Shown here: one piece after another, positions 30,931 through 43,641 of the stretch
Layout of the letters: each line of letters opens with the position of its first letter
How positions within the stretch are numbered: position 1 is the first letter of the stretch
Assembly (NCBI RefSeq): GCF_009914755.1
Contig: NC_060947.1
Length of the DNA stretch: 64,000 nucleotides
DNA from: the human T2T-CHM13v2.0 reference genome, Homo sapiens
Strand: one strand, 5' to 3'
The notes under the pieces: model-generated
Database searches by the model: none
Seen by the model: the letters and a program-made list of their open reading frames with translations, nothing else
Told to the model about the DNA's origin: nothing
Program-made: the position numbers and the translations under genes

Positions 30931-31436
30931 TATTATTGTGCTTCATGGAGAATTTTCCCCTCTGTTTTCCTAAATTGTATGAGAGCTTTCACACAGTGAG
31001 AAATAGAGCAGGCTGCCCCATAAATGGGTAACATATTCCTAATCTGAGTGTGTGGGCTGTTAGAGAACCCCTGCCATGCTCTGGTCTGTTCTGAAACTGT
31101 GCCAACTGAAAGATGATAGTCCACACAGCACAAACAGGTTTAAGCAAATGATAGAAAGGGAAGTAAGGCGTGTGTGCTAGTTAATAGGTTTAGTAGCTTT
31201 TATGGACTAAAAATGATTGATTGTATCTTGACCCTGGTCTCAGAAATGACATTTTTACTTTTGCCATGAGTACACATCAGATATCTTTGGCTTCTATTTA
31301 AAGCTAAAGGTAGAAGTGTTTGATCCAGTGAACTGTGTATGTATGTGTGGGGTTTTTTTCTTTATTTTTAAATGAAAATTAAGACACCTTTTGTGTGGAC
31401 ATGTTTTTGTCTTTAATGTCAGGCTTTAGATTAGAC

Positions 31437-31839
31437 CAGCAGTTTTCAAAGTATGGCCAATGGACCCCTGGGTTCCTTGAGAGCCTTTCAGGGGGGACTA
31501 TGAGATCAAAATATTTTTATTATAATGTGAAGACATTGTCTTTTCACTCTATCTCAAAAAAAGTGTTGCAAATGTAAAACATTGCCATCTTCTCACAAAT
31601 CTCTTTTTTTGTTTTTGAAAATATGGCCATTTTTCATAAAATGTTATTTGTGTTAGCATGTAATGGGTTTACTATGTTTAAATAAGTTAATACTTTAAAA
31701 ATTTTCAGGTTTTTTTAGTATGGTGAATATTGATAGATATAAACCTCATGAACAAAAGTACTTTGGCATCCAGATTCTCAATAAATGTTAAGAGCGTAAG
31801 TGTAAGGGGGTCCAGAGACCAAAAGTTTTAGAGCTACAG
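31437..31839. mobile_element. Charlie1-type non-autonomous hAT DNA transposon within the 3' UTR
   Basis: Starts CAGCAGTTTTCAAAGTATGGCC, ends aaaagttttagagctacag; perfect 8-bp duplication GATTAGAC (31429-31436, 31840-31847). Confidence 0.85.
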
Positions 31840-32823
31840 GATTAGACATAGGAGCAGGATATTCTGTTAGTGTGATTTCTTGCAACTTTATTTTACATTT
31901 TAAACTGCTGATATTGGATATAATGCTGCTTTTTAGAGACACCTAAATTGCAGTATCAGAATGAATGTTGATGTTTGAAGCCAAAAAGCCAAATGCTTAA
32001 ACTGATCAATGACTGTAGCTTTTTAGACTGTTGGTCAAAGAACATTCTACTTCACAGTAATAGCTCTATCAGCCACAGATCTCATGGTGGCTGTTGCATG
32101 ATAATGATAGGATAAACAAAATACCACTGTCTTCAAGAAACATTATCTTAGGTTTGTTTGTTTGGTTTGAGTTTGATTTGGCTTTTATATTTTTTAAAAT
32201 CCCTTTTGCTACCCCATCTGGTTTTATAAACTGAGTTTCTTAGCATTCGTTAAAATTAAGGGGTTTGTTTGGAATAATATATATTTTTTATGCTTTTGTC
32301 TTTCTTACCTGATTGATATTACATTCACCTTTGATTGTTTTTTAAAAGTTTATTTTTACAGAATATATTTAGTACCTTTCTTAAGGAGTAACTGAATTGA
32401 ATCAACCAGTTTGCATTTAAATAAAAGAACAGGCTCAGTGGTCTTCCTGTAGAATGGTTTACATGCCTGCATGTGCAGTAGTTGTGTCTGGAATCCTAGA
32501 ATTGGCACTTTCTGCCTCCTTGCTCTAAATGTCACAAAAAATTATACTTCCTTAAAGTAAATGTAATGATTTCTTCTTTTCCTATTGACCAGTACAGATA
32601 GATATGTTGTGTTTGCTTCATTTTTAATGATGACTTCAAGATTGATGATGTGATCCAATAACTGTGGAGGTAGCTTTAACTTGGTTCTGTGTAAATAGTA
32701 TGTATTTTATTATAATATTTCTCATTTTAAGATGCTTGGTTTACATTAAATTATGGTATTTAACTATTTTTATGTTTATACTAGGTAGGGTCTTTCTTAT
32801 GTTTCTGTGTTTTTGGTATGCTA

Positions 32824-32829
32824 AATAAA
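32824..32829 (+). terminator. PRRG1: Probable distal PRRG1 poly(A) signal
   Basis: AATAAA with upstream U-rich sequence and downstream ttttttttct...tgtgtt. Confidence 0.7.
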
Positions 32830-33577
32830 GCTATTTTTAAACCCAAGAGATTTTTTTTCTGCCATGTGTTAATCATATTATGGTTAGGTGGTAAATACGC
32901 TGCATATGTTCTTATTAATTATGTTCTTTTTAATAAGGTAAAATGGTTATGTTTCTTTTTTCTTACGGATTTAGGGAATATAGGTCAGTAAAAACAACAG
33001 AAATCATCTGATCAAAACCTCAGAGTGTTCTCAGCATAAGAAAGAACTTTCTATACTACTTTTGAATGACTTTGGCATGATACAAAATGGAAACAATTGC
33101 TCTAAAGGAATAGACTGAGCTCCCTGCATAGTGTAGTTTGTCAAGTCCTGGGAATAGTGTTGTCTATAGACGCCAAGGAGCCTGTTGTTTCCTGCTTAGC
33201 AGAACAGCTTGCATTTGAAAAGAAAGCACAAGATGAAAACATTGTGACCAAAGGGCATCTTCCTATGTGTAGAGCTCAAAGACTAAAAGTTGGTTTGTCA
33301 CATCACTAACCAAGAACATGAGTTGATATGGTAACAAGAATTAAAATTATTTACTCCATATTCAAGGATGAATTTTAAATATAAATTATAAGTCTAATTT
33401 TATAAGCAAAAGTCCTCAAAGAGTTGTTCAAATAGTCTTTAAAAGGTACTTTTAAAAATCTATAGCAATTTCTAAAAGTTATATAACTTACACATTGATG
33501 ACTACAATCATAAAACCCAAAACCTAGATCAAGAAATTTCTAGCACTCCAGAAGGCTTCCTCATTCCCCTTCCTTAA

Positions 33578-33983
<406 letters not shown>

Positions 33984-36414
33984 AAGTTTATAGGTTTTAG
34001 AAGCCCATGCTGTAGCAGGCAAGTGATAACAGGCTTTAATCCCCTTAAAGCCTGTTGTGGGATGGGATACTGGCATTGAGTGGGGTAAGGGTGATTAGGT
34101 TTTAATGGGAGAGTAATGGGTGTGTGATCGGTTGCCAGGGAGGGAGTAGAGGTGTCTCATACTTGTGGGTTAAGGTGGGGGGATACGAGAGGAAGACGTG
34201 AAGGAGGCTTTGGGTTTAGAAGAAGGGTGGCAATGAGATGTGGCTGTAGTCCAGGAATAGTCAGGGAAGCAGATAATTTGGTTAAAATGTCTCGGCCTAA
34301 TAAGGGAACTGGGCAGGTGGGGATAACTAAAAAAGAGTGCATAAAAGAACGTTGTCCAAGTTGGCACCAGAGTAGGGGAGTTTTAAGGGGTTTTGAAGCT
34401 TGGCCATCAATACCCACAACAGTTATGGGGGCAAGGGAAACAGGCCCTTGAAAAGAAGGTAATATGGAGTGGGTAGCCCCTGTATTGATTAAACAGGGGA
34501 TGGACTTACCCTCCACTGTGAGAGTTACTCGATGGTGTCCGTGATGGTCCAGGGGGCTTCCAAGGCGATCGGGCAGCGTCAGTATTCAGCTGCTAAGCCA
34601 AGGAGATCTGGGAAGGAGTCAGTCAGACAGCCTTGGGCCAGAGTTCCAGGGGCTCTGGGAGTGGCTGCTGGGTGAGTTGGACAGTCCGATTTCCAGTGGG
34701 GTCCCGCACAGATGGGACATGGCTTAGGGGGAATCCTGGGCTGCGGGCATTCCTTGGCCCAGTGGCCAGATTTCTGGCACTTGAAGCAAGATCCTGATGG
34801 AGGAGGTCCTGTAGGAATGCTTGACCGCTGCGGCTTAGGCATGTGAGGCTTAGGCATTTTGAAGTTCTTGTGCACTGGAGGTGCGGCTGGGTTTTGTCTC
34901 ACAGCAGAGGCAAGTAATTGTAACTCAGAAATGCGTTGCTGTCTGGCTGTCTCCTCTCTATTATTGTACACCTTGAAGGTGAGGTTGATTAATTCCTGTT
35001 GTGGGGTTTGAGGGCTGGATTCTAATTTTTGAAGCTTTTTTCTAATGTCAGGAGCTGACTGGGTGATAAAATGCATATTTAGAATGACACGGCCTTCTGA
35101 CCCTTCAGGGTCTAGGGCTGTAAAGCATCTTAGGGTTGCTGCCAAATGAGCCATGAACTGGGCTGGGTTTTTATATTTGATGAAAAAGAGCCTAAATGCT
35201 CATTGATTTGGGAGAGGTCGGATAAAGAAAAAGGAATATTATCCTTGACTATGCCTTTAGCTCCAGCCACCTCTTTAAGAGGAAATTGTTGGGCTGATTG
35301 GGGAGGGCTAGTGGCAGAACGAAACTGTAAGCCGGACTGGGTGTGAGGAGGGGAGGTGATAGAAGGATTATAGGGTGGGGGAGCAGAGGCTGAGGAAGAA
35401 TTGGAGCCTGATTCAGCCTGGCAGGGAGCGACCTGAGGAGGAGCAGTCTGGGGAGGAGGGGAGAGGTCAGATGGGTCGGTAGAAAAGGAAGATTGAAAAG
35501 ACTCGTGATGCTTGGGGTTGGGACCTAGGGGACAGGCGGGAGGGAAAGAAGGAAGATTTGGGATGAGTTGCATTGGGAACAGAGACTAGGGAGGGGCCGA
35601 TGTGTAAAAGAATGCCTGGATATCAAGCACCTTAGACCATTTGCCCATTTTATGACAAGAATTATCTAGATCTTGTAGGATGGAGAAATTGAAAGTGCTG
35701 TTTTCTGGCCATTTAGAGCCATTATCAAGTTTGTATTGGGGCCAAGAGGTGCTGCAGAAGAAAATAAGGCATTTAGGTTTTAGGTCAGGTGTGAGTTGAA
35801 GAGGTTTTAAGTTTTTGAGAACACAGACTAAGGGAGAAGAGGGAGGAATGGAGGGTGGAAGGTTGCCCATAGTGAAGGAGGCAAGCCCAGAGAAAAGAGA
35901 GGGTAGAGACACGCAGAGAAGGGGTAGAGGGTGCTTGCCCCCCAGGAAAGTGGTGCTTGCCACTAAATGTGAAGGATCAAGGCAGGTGTGCCCATGGTGA
36001 TTAGGCACCTCTGAATCATGGGTGAATAATCAAGCAGGCATCCCCACAGTGGTTAAACACCAAGGGAAGACTGTCTTCCTGAGTCCATGACCGGTGCCGG
36101 AGTTTTGAGTTCACAGATAAAACGCGTCTCTTCTGTCTCTACCAGAAAAGGAAAGGAATTGAAATTAACAGAAGGGAGAGATTGAAGGGTGGTGCCAAGA
36201 TTGAAAGGAGAAAGAGGTTGAGGGATAGTGAGAGAGGGTGGAGAAGAGAGTAAAAAGAGGCTGCTTACCCGATTTAAAATTGGTGAGATGTTCCTTGGGC
36301 TGGTTCGTCTGAGGACCTGAGGTTGTAGGTGGATGTTTCTCACAGAGCAAAGAGCAGGAGGACAGAGGATTGATCTCCCAAGGGAGGTCCCCCGATCCGA
36401 GTCAGGGCACCAAA
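33984..36414 (-). mobile_element. HERV-H internal region (leader, gag, pro, start of pol), 3'-truncated
   Basis: PBS TGGTGCCCTGACTCGGAT (36395-36412, one mismatch to tRNA-His); Gag start MGNLPPSIPPSSPL; zinc knuckle [14 protein letters not shown]; protease CLINTGATHS; broken frames. Confidence 0.93.
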
Positions 36415-36803
36415 TGTCACACGTGTCCATGTGAAGAGACCACCAAACAGGCTTTGTGTGAGCAATAAAGCTTTTTAATCACCTGGGTGCAGGCGGGCTG
36501 AGTCTGAAAGAGAGTCAGCAAAGGGAAATAGGGGTGGGGCTGTTTTATAGGATTTGGGTGGGTAGTGGAAAATTACAGTCAAAGGGGGGTTTTCTCTGGC
36601 GGGCAGGGGAGGGGGTCACAAGGTGCTCAGTAGGGGAGTTTCTGAGCCAGGAGAAGGAATTTCACAAGGTTAATCGCTCAGTTAAGGCAAGAACCAGCCA
36701 TTTTCACTTCTTTTGTGATTCTTCACTTGCTTCAGGCCATCTGGATGTATACGTGCAGGTCACAGGGGATATGTTGTCTTAGCTTGGGCTCAGAGGCGTG
36801 ACA
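36415..36803 (-). promoter_or_regulatory. HERV-H 5' LTR (LTR7 family)
   Basis: Minus strand starts TGTCACGCCTCTGAGCCCAAGCTAAG, contains TATAAAA and ATTAAA, and ends next to the His PBS. Confidence 0.92.
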
Positions 36804-37534
36804 GCAGCTTTCAAAACCCTTTGTAATCTGGTCCCGTGAGTTTATCTAACCTTATTTCTTTCTACAGTCCAGATAATAGATATTTATAAAATTCCTATTT
36901 TGTGTGAAACACTGAGATTAGAAAGTAATAGTGTCTATAGCCTTTGTCCCTGGGAATTTTTCAATCAGACCGAAAATGGTATCCTTCTAATCTTCTAACT
37001 AGTTGTCTAACCTTAAGCTCCCAGAGATTCTTCTTGCCTAAAGTCCCATGGTACTTAACATCTTTATTAGTCTATGCTATGATTTTTTTAAGTTTTTAGC
37101 AATGAGACCTAACTGTGAAACAATTTTCATGGAACTCTAATGTATTACACAGATGGGAATGTTGTTGACTACAGAAGTGTGAAGCTTGAATCCCACCATC
37201 TGTGACCTTTCTCATCAGCCCTGCTTATTTCAGGTCAGTCCAAGTCACCTCTCCAAACCATAAAATTGGATGAACATAATTGAAAAGCCACTGTAATATA
37301 ACATCTCCTATTGGTATCCAATTTCATAGCTCCTTATCTTAACACTTCAAAAAAGTCTTCAGAATCTCCTCCACTAATATACTGCTTGGGGTTCAAAACG
37401 TTCTTTTTAATCCAGTTGTTCCTAACTCGCAAACATAGCACACTGGCTACCAACATACACTGTAATAATTATGTTAATATAAGAAAGAACCATGAATGTT
37501 AATGGTTCTGATTCTTTGTTTATATCATTTCTAT

Positions 37535-40500
37535 CATCACCGAGTTTACCCCTTGTCAGCTTGTCACCCATAAACATCTCCTTAAACCATATTTAATCTC
37601 TAAATAAAGACAATAATAAGGTCATAATTCCATCTAACATCCAACTATACTGGGTACAACCCAAAATACACTAACCCCTTCCCCAAAAGAGGAGGCAAAG
37701 TCCTTGATTGATGTTTATTCTTCTCCCTGATATCCTATAACTTAAATACTAAGATATAAAATTAGCAATACTTAAATGCTATGATACAAAGTAATACATC
37801 TTACATGATAAGGAAATGAGGAAAGAAAACAAAGGTATTTGCTTAACACAAACACACACACACACAAATGTATTTGTTACAAACTAAGGAGGAAATACTC
37901 ATGACAATTGGAATCCTCATTCCTATAACTGGTCACATGGTTATGCATGATATTTATAACTACCTTCTTCCACTACCCATTCTGTTTTCCCTATGCCTTC
38001 AACAAGCACCTCTGCTGGTTGCCATACGTTACCTGATAAGGTAAACCAAATCTTCATTCCTGAAGTGTCTGGGCCATTAGGAGTCCTGCTTGAATTGGGC
38101 TGTTGTAGTTTTTCATCTCCTGCATTCCAGACATACTCTTCCTTACTTCCATTGTGGGGTAGTACTCCGGTTTGCCCTTGGTAGTCAGGATCAATCACCT
38201 CAGCCAGCACAGAAACTCCCTTCTTTGCCTGTAGATTAGAGAAATGAGGAGCACAAAGTGGCCAGGAAGCACTCTTAACTTCCATTCAATGGTATCATTG
38301 TTGTGTCTCTAGATGGAAGCATTTTTCCCTCTGGAACTAAGACCTCTAGGCTAGCAGGGGTTAAGGTGGTGGAAACAGGAAACAAAAATGTTGCTAGCAG
38401 GTTGCTGTTGGTGATAGTGAGTGGTGCCACTCCCATTTCCTTGACTTGATTCTTGGAGACATGAATCTTGGCTATGGGAGAAACAGCAGCATATATTGGA
38501 TGCTGAGTAGAGGCCTTCTGGAAAACCTATCCTCAGCTCTTCAAGGTATTGCCACCTAGCTGGCACTGTAAGGAAGTCTTCAAAAGGCCATTCTACCATT
38601 GTATCAGCTGTTTCAGGATGGTAGAGAACATGGTAACATGAGTGAATTTCATGAGCACGGGCCCATTGCCACACTTCTTTTGTTACAAAGTGAAGTTCTA
38701 AATCAGAAGCAATGCCGTGTGGAAACCATGGCAGTGTGTAAAGCATTCTGTAAGTCCATGGATGGAAGCAAATCTGTATCTAATGTAAGTGCTATTCCAG
38801 TAAGAACAAAAGGCTGTTCCTTCCTTGGTAGAAGTGGTCCAATGTAATCAACCTGGCACCAAGGAGCTAGCTGATCACCTTGGGAAATGGCTTCAAACCA
38901 GGGGCTCAGTGTTTGCTGCTGGGAGATTGGGCTCTCAGTCATGGCTATAGCCAGGTAAGCCTTGGTGAGTGGAACTCTACATTGCTGAGCCAATGTATAA
39001 CCTGCATCTCTGCCACTATGGCCACTTTGTTCATGAGCCCACTGGGCAATGACAGGGGCAGCTGGGGAAAGAGGCTGAGTGGTATCCATAGAAAAGGTCA
39101 TCCTATCCACTTGATTATTTTGAGTCCTACTCTGCTGAGGTCACCCTTTGGTGAACATTCACATGGGACACAAATATCTTCACATTTCTTGCACATTGAG
39201 AGAGGCTTATTCATATAACCTCTTTTCCAAATTTTCTTCTCACTAATTTTCCAATCATGTTCCTTTCAATCTCTCATCATTCAACCAGTCCATTGGCCAC
39301 AGGGAATAAATCAGTATATAATCACATCTGGACATTTCTCTTTCTAAGCAAAGTGAACAAATAGGTTTGTTGCTTGGAGTTCTGCAGACTAAGGATTTCT
39401 TTTCATGAGTGTCTTTCAGGAATATCCCAGAAAAGGGCTATAGTCCTGTAGCTGTTCAGTTTGGGGTGGTGCCTGGATATTGTGCAGAATCATCTATAAA
39501 CTTAGCCTAGTCTTCTTTTCCTCTGTCAACTAAGTGTGAGGAATTCACCATGAGGCCATGGGTGCAGGCTGAGAGTGAGAAGGCAGTGTAGCAGGAGTGA
39601 GGAACATGGGCATTTGGTCCACTTCTTCATGTAACTTACTTATGCCTTCAGAGTCCATTCAGCTCGATCACATATATACCACTTCCAACTGATGATGCAG
39701 ACAGTCCTGCTGTGCACACCCAACTTTATGGTTTGGTGGGTCAGATAACACCCAGTTTGTGATAGGCAGTTTAGGTCGCATGGTCACTTGGTGACCCATA
39801 GTCAAATATTCAGTTTCCAATAAGGCCCAGTAGCAGGCCAAGGGCTATTTTTCAAAAGGAAAGTAGATACCTACTCTCCTTTTAAAATAGTGGGTAAAAG
39901 AGCAGAGGGTGGCACGTGTGCTCCAAAATCCCAAGGGTCTTCTCTGTGTTTCACTCATAGAGGCCTGCCAAAGGATCCAAACAGCATTTTTATCTGACAC
40001 TGATACCAAGCACCATTGGATCTGCTGGATCATATGGCCCAAGAGCAGAGTAGTTTGCAGATCAGCCTGAACCTATGGCAGAGCCTTCTCCTTTTCTGGG
40101 CCCCACTCAAAACTAGCAGCTTTTTAGGTCACTCAGTACTTGAGTTGAAGTAACACACCCAAATGAGGAATATCATTTGGGTATTCCTCCAAATCCAAAG
40201 AGGCCTACAAGGCATTATGCCTCTTTTGTTGTTGTTGTTGGGGCCAGATGCAACAACTTATCCCTTACCTTAGAAGGAATATCTTCATGTCCCATACCAC
40301 TGGACCCCTAGAAATTTCACTGAGGTAAAAGGACACTGAATTTTAGTTGGATTTATTTCCCATCCACTGGCACGCGAAATTCTTACCAATAACCCTAGAG
40401 TAGTTGCTACTTGGTGCTCACTAGGTCCTCAATATAATGGACAAGTGTGATATCTTGTGGAAGGAAAAGGCAATCAAGAGCCCTGAGAATGAAATTATAA

Positions 40501-40602
40501 CATAGGGTTAGAGAGTTGATATACCTCTGATTTAGGACAGTGAAGGTATATTGCTGGCCTTTCCAGCTGAAAGCAAACTGCTTCTGGTGGGCATATGGGC
40601 AG
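37535..40602 (-). mobile_element. ERVL (HERV-L/MLT2-type) internal region, 3' part: RT/RNase H, integrase, dUTPase
   Basis: Peptides [20 protein letters not shown] (RT), QWAHEQSGHSGRD and QVDYIGPL (integrase), GVSVLAEVIDPDYQG (dUTPase); heavily degraded. Confidence 0.88.
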
Positions 40603-43597
40603 TGAAGAAAGAAAAGCAATTTTATCTGAGGAATGTGAGCCATTTTAAATTATCAGGTCCAGAGAGGCATTAAATTGAGACAGCAGTCATACCCTCCTTC
40701 CCCCATTGAGCTATGTATTCATCTCTTGAAATATAACCAAGCCCTTATTATAAAGATCATAAGATGTTTGTTTTATTTATTGTCTTTTTTCTTTGTCCTC
40801 TTCCTTATCCATGCATGCTTGCTTGTATCTAGTCATTTCTATAGAGGGTGGACATTAGTTATTGATAAACTTGAAATCCTGACCCCTGGAGCTACCCTCA
40901 GAATCGATGAACTTGTTTTTCTTTTAAAGAACAGTGATCCATAGGTCATGCAGACCTCCTTGATGACATCCACAAGTTTGATTGGAACTGATGAGATCTA
41001 GATTCCAGGGAGTGCAAAGAGATTTGATCATTGGGGGATCCCACCTCCTACATTCTTACCTTACTCATAAAAGTCCCCAGTTATTTCAAAGGCAGGTCAG
41101 ATTTGAGACTGTCTCACCTGCCCTCTCACTTTGGCCAAATTGAATAAACCTTTCTCTGCTCCTAAGCACTGATATGTCTGTGTTTGGCTTAATGTGCATC
41201 AGGCACGTGAGCCTAAATTTCAGGAATCGATAACAGATTTTGATGACTGCAGCAGGACACATGTGCTCATGGCCAGTAGGTCCCAGTCAGGTTGGGCAAA
41301 TGGGCATCCACACAGCTGCCTGGGTGTGTTGCTTGGGGTAAGCCCTGGGGTCACCCTTCTCAGTAGGTGTCAGCTGCCCTTGGCACCCTAGGAGCTTGGA
41401 GCAGAGAAACACCTTGGACTGCTTCCTCAATTTTCAGTTTTGATTTGAAGGGCAAGTTGTTACACATGCGCAACCAAATCTCTCATTCTCTCCATTTGTA
41501 TTTTGAAGAGAGCCCATTTGGGAGAGTAAGTAGAATGGTAGCCTATACTGATTTGCTTGTTTGTGTACCTGCAGTAGTTTGGTTTTGTGTGTGTGTGGAA
41601 GGATTGAATGTGGGAAATTCAGGATCAATCTCAGAGTGCAGCCTTCTTTGGCTGTGTTTTCCAGAATTGGGCCACTTTCAGCTAGGAGTCCATGAGGAAA
41701 AAGAAAATGTTTTCATTATTATTATTACACTGCTTGGCCTCAATATGCCTTAGATTCTGGGGTAAAGTGGCTTGTGAATGGGTCTTTAAATTATGTTACT
41801 ATAATGCAACTAGAACTGTTTTGTAAGAGGGAGAGAAAATGGGATGAGATCCCATATGTTCGGATTTTTATGCTTTTGTGTCAGAATAAACCTGCTCAAA
41901 AAAGGTGTAGTATAACTTGATGCCGCAAAAGGAAGAATAGCCCAAACCTAAGGTTTTAGACTTTCCACCATTAGATGTAGAGGACAAGGTGCTGATCAGC
42001 ACCTTGAATCCCCCAAATAATCATCCTGGTCCTCTGCCCCTTCCTCTGCCACCTGTGGCTCCAGCACATCCCCCTCCTTATGGAACATGTGGAGCAGGAG
42101 GAGGACACCCCCAATCCCTCATGGGGGAAAAATCAGGATAGGTTATGAATTCTTCTTCTTGTACCTGACAGGTAACAAAATTTGGCCAGTGAGCCACAGG
42201 CCCCTAGGTAGGGCAGTTTCCTCTCTGCTAATCCCCTGTTAGGATAATGTGAATGAGCATTTGGCTGATATGATGTGGGTGCACTCCACTTTTCCCACTT
42301 CAGATCTGTTCAATTGGAAAAGCAATAATCCCTCCAATCAAGATGACCCCAAGTAAATAGCTGAGCAATTCTCATCCATACTTCTGACCTATTATCCCAC
42401 ATGGGCAGATATCCAGGCTTTGTTAAATGTACTGCTCACAGCAAATAAAAGGAACATTGTCATAGAAAAAAACTAAAGAGGAAGCAACCTGGCTCCATCT
42501 TGAGGATGGAAATAATCTCCCTGAGCCAATGCAGTCAGTCCGCACCACGGAACCCAGTTAGGATGTAAATAATGGAGGTCTTCCCCACTTAGAGCACTAT
42601 TAAAGTTGTATCCTTGAAGGTTTAAAGAAAGGGGTCCCTCCAAGAGCCTTAATAAAGTACAGGAGGTACAGCAGCAACCAAATGAGGCCTTCACAATTCT
42701 TGGAAAGACTATCAGACATATCAAAAGTTTGCAGGTGGAACTGGAAAATCAGAGAATGGTTAATATGAGCTTCATCTGTCAGAGTGTCCCTGATAGTCAA
42801 AGAAAATTGCCAAAGATAGATGAAGCCATTGTGTTGCCAAACACATTTAGTCTAGTTAGCTTTTAGGGTGTACTATGCTTGGGTTAAGGATCAGGAAAAG
42901 CACAAGTTAAAGCAACAAGTATCCATGTTGGTGATGGTGCTTGACTTTCAACCTAAAAGAAATGAAAAAAATCAAAGCAAAAGGAGGATCCACCCCACCT
43001 TAGGGAAGAACCAGTCCACTTATTGTAAGGAAGAAGGACATCGGAAAAAGGGCCATCCCAAACTGACCAAAGTGGCTGTCAAGCCCAACTCTCCCTCAGA
43101 ATCAGATGATGGGAAGGGGAAAAGACTGAGATGAAAGTTGATACAGCCCAAGGTGTCCCTGAGACTTTGAATGACCAGTACCTGTATCCCCACAGGAACC
43201 CAAGATACAATTGACATTGGGGAACAGAATGATTGATTTCTTAAATGATAAGTTGCCACATGATCAGTAATTAACATTTGTCTCTTCCCAATTATGGGAG
43301 AAACCAAGATTGTTATGGGGATATTGGAAGGTGCCATTATTTGCCCCTTTCTACAACCCTTAGATTGCCATTTAGGAGAGACCAGCCTGAAACAGTTTCC
43401 TGTATGTGCCTGGATTCCCAGTGCCCCTCCTGGGCCAGGATTTGCTTGCCAAATTGTGTGCTCAATTTGTCTTTTCCTCCAGACACCTAGACATAGGGAT
43501 TCCTCCTGAACAAGCTTGCAGGTTTCAAAAGCTCCAACTCCAACCAGAAAATACAGAAGTTTAGGACATTCCAGAGAAAATTCTCATGAGGTTAGAG

Positions 43598-43641
43598 GCC
43601 CTCTTAGCGCAGTGGGCAGCGCGTCAGTCTCATAATCTGAA
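43598..43641 (+). pseudogene. Tailless retropseudogene: 5' 44 nt of elongator tRNA-Met(CAT)
   Basis: GCCCTCTTAGCGCAGTGGGCAGCGCGTCAGTCTCATAATCTGAA, including the anticodon arm; duplication GAAAATTCTCATGAGG at 43576-43591 and 43639-43654; no T-arm and no poly(A). Confidence 0.9.

Larger units (their letters stand above)
29177..32845 (+). other. PRRG1: PRRG1 3' UTR (~3.7 kb; end approximate)
   Basis: AU-rich, mostly unique sequence after the stop, ending at AATAAA 32824 followed by a U/GU-rich element. Confidence 0.7.

Noticed and set aside
34157-36008. Functional HERV-H Gag/protease
   Set aside because: Gag is split across frames and the protease motif reads NTG instead of DTG.
43598-43641. 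Functional tRNA-Met gene
   Set aside because: It lacks the T-arm (B box) and the 3' acceptor strand, so it is reported as a retropseudogene.
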